Part shown: piece after piece, positions 1 through 8,736 of the stretch
How the letters are laid out: the number at the start of each line of letters is the position of its first letter
Position numbering within the stretch: position 1 is the stretch's first letter
Virus record (IMG/VR): IMGVR_UViG_2675903654_000007
Span: 1-8,736 of that record
Reading direction: 5' to 3' (one strand)
DNA from: a virus
Lineage: Duplodnaviria > Heunggongvirae > Uroviricota > Caudoviricetes
Length of the DNA: 8,736 nt
The notes under the pieces: model-generated
Seen by the model: the letters and a program-made list of their open reading frames with translations, nothing else
Told to the model about the DNA's origin: nothing
Databases searched by the model: none
Translations under genes and position numbers: made by a program

Positions 1-336
1 GATGATGCGACGGCGGCGGTAAGCCGGGTCCGCCAGATTCTGCGGATCTTCATCCGGCAGGCGACGCAGGGTCATCTGCGGATTCACCTCATGCTTCGGC
101 TTGACATATCCCGGCGTAAATTCAGAGGTGGAGCCGCCACGGGAACGGATAACCTCACCGGAAACAATCGGCGAAACGTACAGCGCCATGTTTACCAGTC
201 CCGGAATTTGTGAGAGATAGACTTTCTCCGTAGTGAAGGGATAGCTCTCACGGAAAAAGAGACGCAGAAACAGCGGATCAAACTTAAATTTCTGCTCATT
301 TGCCGCCAGCAGCTGGGCGGTTGTGTACATCGACAT
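1..336 (-). CDS. E: Major capsid protein gpE-like, N-terminal 112 codons only (3' end beyond window edge)
   Basis: Reverse-complement translation from ATG at 336 reads MSMYTTAQLLAANEQKFKFDPLFLRLFFRESYPFTTEKVYLSQIPGLVNMALYVSP..., matching lambda gpE N-terminus as recalled; frame runs open to position 1. Confidence 0.88.
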   Translation of the reverse strand, partial: MSMYTTAQLLAANEQKFKFDPLFLRLFFRESYPFTTEKVYLSQIPGLVNMALYVSPIVSGEVIRSRGGSTSEFTPGYVKPKHEVNPQMTLRRLPDEDPQNLADPAYRRRRII

Positions 337-391
337 AAAAAAATCCCGTAAAAAAAGCCGCACAGGCGGCCTTTAGTGATGAAGGGTAAAG

Positions 392-724
392 TTAAACGAT
401 GCTGATTGCCGTTCCGGCAAACGCGGTCCGTTTTTTCGTCTCGTCGCTGGCAGCCTCCGGCCAGAGCACATCCTCATAACGGAACGTGCCGGACTTGTAG
501 AACGTCAGCGTGGTGCTGGTCTGGTCAGCATCAACCGCCAGAATGCCAACGGCAGCACCGTCGGTGGTGCCATCCCACGCAACCAGCTTACGGGTGGAGG
601 TATCCAGCATCAGCGGGGTCATTGCAGGCGCTTTCGCACTCAATCCGCCGGGCGCGGTTGCCGTATGTGCCGGGTCACTGTTGCCCAGCGGCTGGTAATG
701 GGTAAAGGTTTCTTTGCTCGTCAT
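392..724 (-). CDS. D: Head decoration protein gpD (110 aa)
   Basis: ORF track 392..730; the second ATG (724) gives [27 protein letters not shown]..., the lambda gpD N-terminus, and is preceded by AAGGGA 5 nt upstream. Confidence 0.92.
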   Translation of the reverse strand: MTSKETFTHYQPLGNSDPAHTATAPGGLSAKAPAMTPLMLDTSTRKLVAWDGTTDGAAVGILAVDADQTSTTLTFYKSGTFRYEDVLWPEAASDETKKRTAFAGTAISIV

Positions 725-733
725 AAACATCCC

Positions 734-1339
734 TTACACTGGTGTGTTCAGCAAATCGTTAACGGCATCAGATGCCGGGTTACCTGCAGCCAGCGGTGCC
801 GGTGCCCCCTGCATCAGACGATCCAGCGCAGTGTCACTGCGCGCCTGTGCACTCTGTGGTGCAGCTGCCAGAATGCGGCGGGCCGTTTCCACGGTCATAC
901 CGGGGGTTTCGGCCAGCACGCGTGCCTGTTCTTCGCGTCCGTGAGCCTCCACACAGTTGAGGATCCCCATAATGCGACTGTTTTCTGCCGCAACCGCTGC
1001 GGTGATCTGCGCGTTCACGTCCGGCTGTGCAGCGCTGGCGTTCTCGCCCTCCGTCGCTTGCACCACGCCAGTAACGTCAGCCTGCGAAGCAGTGGCTGAA
1101 ACAGTTGTTGATTGAGTCTCTTTGGTCATTCGCCCTCCTGAGAGACGGGATTTACGTGCATCCAGTGCATCACGCATGACGGTGATCGCATCGGTACTGT
1201 TAACAAGTTCATCAGCCAGTCCGGCATCAATGGCCTCCTGACCGCTGTACACTGCAGCCTCGGTATCCAGCACAGCCTGCACGGACAGGCCGGTATATGC
1301 CGACACCTTCTGTGCAAACATCCGGCGGGTTGCATCCAT
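734..1339 (-). CDS. Nu3: Scaffolding protein Nu3-like, in-frame internal start within the C reading frame, shares the C stop codon
   Basis: ATG at 1339 (MDATRRMFAQKVSAYTGLSVQAVLD...) is in frame with the C C-terminal ORF ending at 734; the position corresponds to the recalled lambda Nu3 start. Choice of internal start is uncertain. Confidence 0.6.
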   Translation of the reverse strand: MDATRRMFAQKVSAYTGLSVQAVLDTEAAVYSGQEAIDAGLADELVNSTDAITVMRDALDARKSRLSGGRMTKETQSTTVSATASQADVTGVVQATEGENASAAQPDVNAQITAAVAAENSRIMGILNCVEAHGREEQARVLAETPGMTVETARRILAAAPQSAQARSDTALDRLMQGAPAPLAAGNPASDAVNDLLNTPV

Positions 1340-1966
1340 CCGGGACTGCAGTGTTTCCCGGACATCATCCGGTAGATGGCTGTAGGGGTTGCCATCCACC
1401 TTATGGCTGCCGCTGTAAATCAGCGTGATTTCCACGCCCTGTTTCTCCAGTGCAGCGCCGTAATTACTGTGAGCCATCATGACGCCGATGGAGCCTGTCC
1501 GGGCGGTCTGCGTGACCAGACGCCGGGAGGCGGCACTGGCAAGCAGCTGACCTGCACTGCAGTTCATGTCGTTGGCCAGCGCCCATACCGGCTTTATGTC
1601 ACGCATACGGGCGATGATGTCAGCGCAGTCAAATAAGCCTGTTGCAGACGGGCGATAATGCCGTTGTAACCGGTCATCCCCGAATACGGCTGCAGCGCTC
1701 GCGTCCGACTGACCAGCGTGCCGGACACCGGCAGCACGGCGATGCCGTTCATGACCTGATAACTGCGGGCCTGTCGTGGTCCGTCATCATCAACGGATAA
1801 CGCCAGCGCCGCGGGTGCCTCTCCGGCAGTCAGGCTGTCGCCGGATACCGCATCCGTCAGGCGGCTGATCCCAAGCTGGCCTGCAAGCGCACAAAAGAAA
1901 ACCCGCGCATAGGCGGGTTCAAGCATCAGCGGCTCATTAAAGGCCATACTGGCAATATGCGGGAGA

Positions 1967-1986
<20 letters not shown>
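734..1986 (-). pseudogene. C: Prohead protease / minor capsid protein gpC, interrupted by a frameshift (N-terminal 130-codon ORF 1594..1986; C-terminal ORF 734..1606 in another frame)
   Basis: GTG at 1986 with AGGAGG upstream gives VTAELRNLPHIASMAFNEPLMLEPAYARVFF... (gpC N-terminus), which runs into a TAA at 1594 after ...IIARLQQA. The gpC sequence resumes in a different frame at RDIKPVWALANDMNCSAGQ (ORF 734..1606). Start overlaps the end of B by 20 nt as in lambda. Confidence 0.8.
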
Positions 1987-5589
<3,603 letters not shown>

Positions 5590-5615
<26 letters not shown>

Positions 5616-6135
5616 TCAGCAACCCCGATATCAGTTCATCCAGCGCGGCTGCTTTGTTCATGGCTTTGATGATATCCCGTTTCAGGAAATCAACATGTCG
5701 GTTTTCCAGTTCCGGAAAACGCCGCTGCACCGACAGGGGGATCCCGTCGAGAATACTGGCAATTTCACCTGCGATCCGCGACAGCACGAAAGTACAGAAT
5801 GCGGTTTCCACCACTTCAGCGGAGTCTCTGGCATTTTTCAGCTCCTGTGCGTCGGCCTGCGCACGCGTAAGTCGATGGCGTTCGTACTCAATAGTCCCTG
5901 GCTGGAGATCTGTCTCGCTGGCCTGTCGCAGTTCTTCAACCTCCCGGCGCAGCTTTTCGTTCTCAATTTCAGCATCCCTTTCGGCATACCATTTTATGAC
6001 GGCGGCAGAGTCATAAAGCACCTCATTACCCTTCCCACCGCCTCGCAGAACGGGCATTCCCTGCTCCTGCCAGTTCTGAATGGTACGGATACTCGCGCCG
6101 AAAATGTCAGCCAGCTGCTTTTTGTTGACTTCCAT
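5590..6135 (-). CDS. Nu1: Terminase small subunit gpNu1 (181 aa)
   Basis: MEVNKKQLADIFGASIRTIQNWQEQGMPVLRGGGKGNEVLYDSAAVIKWYAERD... matches the lambda Nu1 winged-HTH N-terminus; located immediately downstream of cosB. Confidence 0.95.
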
Positions 6136-6159
6136 TGTTCATTCCACGGACAAAAACAG

Positions 6160-6300
6160 AGAAAGGAAACGACAGAGGCCAAAAAGCCCGTTTTCAGCAC
6201 CTGTCGTTTCCTTTCTTTTCAGGGGGTGTTTTAAATAAAAACATTAAGTTACGAAGAAGAAGAACGGAAACGCCTTAAACCGGAAAATTTTCATAAATAG
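6160..6300 (-). promoter_or_regulatory. cosB-like terminase-binding region with three gpNu1-binding R elements and an AT-rich bend segment between them
   Basis: Three copies of CGTTTCC/GGAAACG between cosN and the Nu1 start (6165..6171, 6205..6211 inverted, 6266..6272), with an AT-rich tract between (6220..6260), the arrangement of lambda cosB R1/R2/R3 plus IHF site. Confidence 0.75.
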
Positions 6301-6312
6301 CGAAAACCCGCG

Positions 6313-6324
6313 AGGTCGCCGCCC
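6313..6324. other. cosN: 12-nt cohesive-end sequence (reverse complement of GGGCGGCGACCT) at the joined genome ends
   Basis: Window + strand reads cgcgAGGTCGCCGCCCcgtagc; the reverse complement is ...TACGGGGCGGCGACCTCGCGGGTTTTCGC, the canonical lambda cos junction. Confidence 0.88.
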
Positions 6325-6346
6325 CGTAGCCTGCCGGATCGCCGGA

Positions 6347-6353
6347 AAGGACC
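6347..6353. other. Probable cosQ element on the right-end side of cosN
   Basis: AAGGACC about 23 to 29 nt from the cosN nick position; the exact sequence and position of lambda cosQ are recalled, not verified. Confidence 0.45.
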
Positions 6354-6561
6354 CAATAAGTGATAATAATTATCATTTATATAAATACCATCACACATCC
6401 CACGTACACCATAAAACCACGACAAATAATCAATTTTGTCCAAGTCATGCATTAATTGATCTGTGTCAACTTAACGTAAAGACATCTTAAGACAATACAA
6501 ATCAGCAGCACTGAACACGGAAAAACACAATGTCATCAAAAAATAAAGCTTCCCAAACCAG

Positions 6562-6702
6562 ATGATTAATCAAATCCATATTGCCCTTGAACGTAAGGGA
6601 TCGGGTAATTTTTCGGCATGGGTTATTGAAGCCTGCAGGAGAAGGCTGGCAACAGATGCAAAGCACCTGCGCCCGGCCAGCATGAAAAATAACGAGAAAT
6701 GA
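6562..6702 (+). CDS. Short ORF (46 aa) with ribbon-helix-helix-like helix-loop-helix, probably an N-terminally truncated remnant
   Basis: MINQIHIALERKGSGNFSAWVIEACRRRLATDAKHLRPASMKNNEK; the G-S-G-N turn between two helices is RHH-like (Arc/MetJ/CopG). In-frame upstream codons hit TAA at 6544..6546 and the upstream ATG at 6530 is out of frame. Below the ORF-track length cutoff. Confidence 0.3.
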   Translation: MINQIHIALERKGSGNFSAWVIEACRRRLATDAKHLRPASMKNNEK

Positions 6703-6834
6703 ACGTTCGGTTACAGGAACCGGTAGCTACTGTCTTCTAACAATATTTCATCTTCATATCCGGCGAAACAAGACTTTACCCTGCAGGGATGTACTGAATA
6801 GCAACAGAGTGATAATTAACTTCTGATAAAATAA

Positions 6835-7161
6835 TCAGGGTGCTGAAGGACTAAAGATAAATGTTTTCTTCACGCCTTTACGCGGCTTGTCCTTCTCAAA
6901 TCGCCATTTTGCCATCGCCTTTACAACCTGCTCATCAAACAGATGGTGCGGCTCTGAACGGATAAACTCAATTCGGGTGACAGTACCATCAGCACCAATA
7001 TCAAACTTCACATCAACCCGTCCCTTTATATAATTTGCCGCGGCATAGGCCGGATATTGTGGTAATGCCTTAACCAACTGTCGAGGCATATCTGTTTTAT
7101 GTTGCGTACAGCCCATAACCAAAGAAGACAACAAAATAATTAACGGAAGATTTCTTTTCAT
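6835..7161 (-). CDS. Small lipoprotein (108 aa) carrying a TonB C-terminal domain, with no TonB N-terminal anchor or proline-rich spacer
   Basis: From ATG 7161: MKRNLPLIILLSSLVMGC (signal peptide with lipobox-like VMGC), then ...LPQYPAYAAANYIKGRVDVKFDIGADGTVTRIEFIRSEPHHLFDEQVVKAMAKWRFEKDKP..., matching the TonB_C signature (E. coli TonB: [55 protein letters not shown]). A second ATG at 7176 lacks an RBS. Confidence 0.75.
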   Translation of the reverse strand: MKRNLPLIILLSSLVMGCTQHKTDMPRQLVKALPQYPAYAAANYIKGRVDVKFDIGADGTVTRIEFIRSEPHHLFDEQVVKAMAKWRFEKDKPRKGVKKTFIFSPSAP

Positions 7162-7181
7162 TCTTATTCCCGGCATAGATA

Positions 7182-7224
7182 AGAATAAGTCTTATTCTAA
7201 CAATGCAGCCCTGTCGGTCATCAA
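7182..7224 (-). promoter_or_regulatory. Candidate sigma70 promoter for the TonB_C lipoprotein gene, with an overlapping perfect palindrome (possible operator)
   Basis: On the - strand: -35 TTGATG (7219..7224), 19-nt spacer, extended -10 TGtTAGAAT (7194..7202). Palindrome AGAATAAG-T-CTTATTCT (7182..7198) overlaps the -10 and start region. Sequence-only prediction. Confidence 0.3.
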
Positions 7225-7836
7225 TCCTCTGCTTAATGGCAATGACAATTATCCGACTTAAATCACAAATCAGACACATGACATAACAGAGTTTGCGAGG
7301 TAACACATCGTCCGGTTTCTTCCACCATCGCACCGGACCAGCGACCATGAGGGGACAACGCCGCGCTCCGTTAACACGGTAAACCCCGGTGTGTATCGTT
7401 TTTGATTATCCCCGCACACTCGCGCAGAGGAGTCTCCCTCTCGGGCTGTGGTCTCTGTTGATGCGGGAATACGGCGACGATACAGTGCATAGTTATGTCA
7501 GGCTAAAATGCCTTTATCAAATCTGGGTAACGCAATCTGCCATTGTTGGCTCCGGTTGTGGTGATGATGTCAAGCAAGCCCATCTTGACTATCTCAACTA
7601 GTCGATTCATGACATATGTCACATTTATACCAACCAGATCATTGCGTTGAGTTTACAACTCAATAATTCTTGGTTGGACGTCAAGTTTTGACGGTATTCG
7701 GGTGGCAGTTGATAGCAATCTTGGAACCGTCCACCTAATAGCTGCTTGTGTGGCGTTTAAATTGTGGAGTGCTCGCAACAGAACTTTTCTTTCTTGTTTG
7801 CGAGCGATGTTTAGCAACTTTTAAGAGAGTTAAGTC

Positions 7837-8067
7837 ATGGAGTTTTTGAAAGAGCATCATTTGCCTTCAATAATTTTTGGAATTTTTTCCGCCATTTTTT
7901 GGATTATTTCATGTTTTGCATCTTCCAAAGAACACCCACCAAAAACGGAACAAGGCAGTTTCTCATCACTGGGTTGTTTTAAAGCCATTGAAATACAAAG
8001 TAAATGGAATAAACGGGCTGCTTTTTGCGCAGCGTTAGCTGTTCTTGCTCAAGTATTTAGCTTTTAG
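7837..8067 (+). CDS. Small hydrophobic protein (76 aa), two predicted membrane segments or a lipoprotein signal; accessory gene in the position of lambda bor
   Basis: ATG at 7837 preceded by AGAGAG about 9 nt upstream. MEFLKEHHLPSIIFGIFSAIFWIISCFASSKEHPPKTEQGSFSSLGCFKAIEIQSKWNKRAAFCAALAVLAQVFSF has an N-terminal hydrophobic stretch ending in IISC (lipobox-like), a basic loop and a hydrophobic C-terminus. AT-rich, opposite strand to the late genes, followed by a hairpin terminator. No similarity to Bor recognised. Confidence 0.6.
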   Translation: MEFLKEHHLPSIIFGIFSAIFWIISCFASSKEHPPKTEQGSFSSLGCFKAIEIQSKWNKRAAFCAALAVLAQVFSF

Positions 8068-8084
8068 TTTCAAAAGTGTAAATC

Positions 8085-8120
8085 AGAACCACTCGTATAG
8101 CGGGTGGTTCTCTGTTTTAT
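8085..8120 (+). terminator. Rho-independent terminator downstream of the 76-aa ORF
   Basis: AGAACCACTCG (8085..8095) pairs with CGGGTGGTTCT (8101..8111) around loop TATAG, followed by CTGTTTTATT. Confidence 0.55.
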
Positions 8121-8183
8121 TCGTGTTGCGACTAAAACTAACTAAAATCACGCATATAAAAGATAATGGGAAAATTATCGCTA

Positions 8184-8621
8184 TCATCGAAGGCATTGCG
8201 TCCTAATGTACTCCTGCAAGTAGTTAACCTGCGCGGTTATCCTGTCGATTCCACTTCGGAGACGGTAATAATTGAGTTCAGCATCTGCTGTAAGTCCTGG
8301 GGTTTCTCCATTGCCCATGCCGCTGGCTCCGGTCGTTGACTTTGCACAGGTGGCGGCGACTTGCAGGCGCTTACGCCCAGCAGAAACATCAGCACGGAGA
8401 CTTTCGATAGTCGCATTAGCATCAGCAAGCTCCTTTGTGTATCTGGCGTCAAGTTCTGCTACATCACGTTGCCGCTTCTGCATATCAGCGATGATGGATG
8501 TGGCTTTATCGCGCTGCTCTTTGTAGGCGATGGCGTTATCACGGTAATGATTAACAGCCCATGAAAGGCAGACGATGAGGCAGATGACCAGAACGTAGAT
8601 AATCGCGGTTACTCTGCTCAT
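8184..8621 (-). CDS. Rz: Spanin inner-membrane subunit Rz (i-spanin)
   Basis: From ATG 8621: [39 protein letters not shown]...[23 protein letters not shown]..., an N-terminal TM helix plus coiled coil, similar to lambda Rz. The ATG overlaps the endolysin stop (ATGA). The track start at 8633 is a GTG. Confidence 0.85.
8237..8422 (-). CDS. Rz1: Spanin outer-membrane lipoprotein subunit Rz1 (o-spanin), embedded in the +1 frame of Rz
   Basis: ATG at 8422 preceded by AAGGAG 7 nt upstream; [20 protein letters not shown] (lipobox VSAC) then proline-rich [22 protein letters not shown], the lambda Rz1 architecture, entirely inside Rz. An alternative ATG lies at 8416. Confidence 0.7.
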   Translation of the reverse strand: MLMRLSKVSVLMFLLGVSACKSPPPVQSQRPEPAAWAMEKPQDLQQMLNSIITVSEVESTG

Positions 8622-8736
8622 TGTTGCCCCCACAAACAGACTTCACGCTCAATCTCACGGCGAGTCATCAGCCCTTTCCATTGCTTACCGCCAGCGTATG
8701 TCCAGCGCCGTAGCTGATCACATGCGCCTTTGATAT
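8618..8736 (-). CDS. R: Endolysin, lysozyme type (not the lambda transglycosylase type), C-terminal 38 codons only
   Basis: Reverse-complement translation ends ...[36 protein letters not shown], which I recognise as the C-terminus of phage 21 / E. coli RrrD-type lysozymes; lambda R ends differently. 5' end outside window. Confidence 0.8.

Noticed and set aside
406-1099. Several + strand ORFs (406..705, 510..698, 665..1099, 714..944, 772..960) overlapping D and C/Nu3
   Set aside because: They lie antisense to ORFs whose translations match lambda head proteins; the high GC content suppresses stop codons in wrong frames. No RBS or recognisable protein features.
5654-6234. + strand ORFs 5654..6016 and 5695..6234 (up to 179 aa) across Nu1 and cosB
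   Set aside because: Antisense to Nu1 and running through the cosB R elements and toward cosN; low-complexity translation and no start context.
6362-6374. Palindrome GATAATAATTATC near cos resembling a Fur box (GATAATGATAATCATTATC); also weak Fur-like character of the palindrome at 7182..7198
   Set aside because: Only about 14 of 19 positions match the Fur consensus, and an equivalent palindrome occurs at the lambda right end as I recall, where it is more plausibly part of the packaging/termination region. An iron-regulation link to the TonB-domain gene is attractive but unsupported without a binding assay.
6779-6788. Palindrome CCCTGCAGGG downstream of the TonB_C lipoprotein gene as a possible terminator
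   Set aside because: Stem too short (3 to 4 bp with a minimal loop) and no clean U-tract on the relevant strand; late transcripts must in any case read through into Nu1.
7097-7348. 83-aa - strand ORF overlapping the 5' end and promoter of the TonB_C lipoprotein gene
   Set aside because: Overlaps the better-supported lipoprotein ORF in another frame and spans its promoter; AT-rich low-complexity translation.
7389-7601. 70-aa + strand ORF in the spacer (MCIVFDYPRTLAQRSL...)
   Set aside because: Starts at GTG with no RBS and overlaps a segment that looks conserved at the nucleotide level without frame conservation. Treated as non-coding, though a decayed remnant of a lambda-type ORF upstream of bor is possible.
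8272-8564. + strand ORFs 8272..8526 and 8361..8564 inside Rz
   Set aside because: Antisense to Rz/Rz1, which have clear spanin features. Rz1 is the genuine embedded gene here, on the - strand.

Overview
This window is a lambda-like (lambdoid) phage or prophage segment read on its bottom strand, spanning the joined cohesive ends (cos). Left of cos, all on the - strand, lies the head/packaging module: terminase small subunit Nu1, terminase large subunit A, W, portal B, a frameshifted prohead protease C with nested scaffold Nu3, decoration protein D and the 5' part of major capsid gene E. Right of cos is a ~1.85 kb AT-rich accessory region: a short ribbon-helix-helix-like ORF remnant, a small lipoprotein consisting almost entirely of a TonB C-terminal domain (- strand), a ~675 bp apparently non-coding spacer with palindromes, and a 76-aa hydrophobic protein with its own RBS and intrinsic terminator (+ strand, where lambda carries bor). 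The window ends with the lysis cassette tail: Rz with embedded Rz1 and the 3' end of a lysozyme-type endolysin gene. The most interesting signals are the two cos-proximal accessory genes (candidate lysogenic-conversion or superinfection-exclusion morons) and two lesions in head genes (C frameshift, B shortened by 26 codons) that suggest a defective prophage. All homology statements rest on reading the translations and on recalled lambda protein sequences and gene coordinates; no database search was run.
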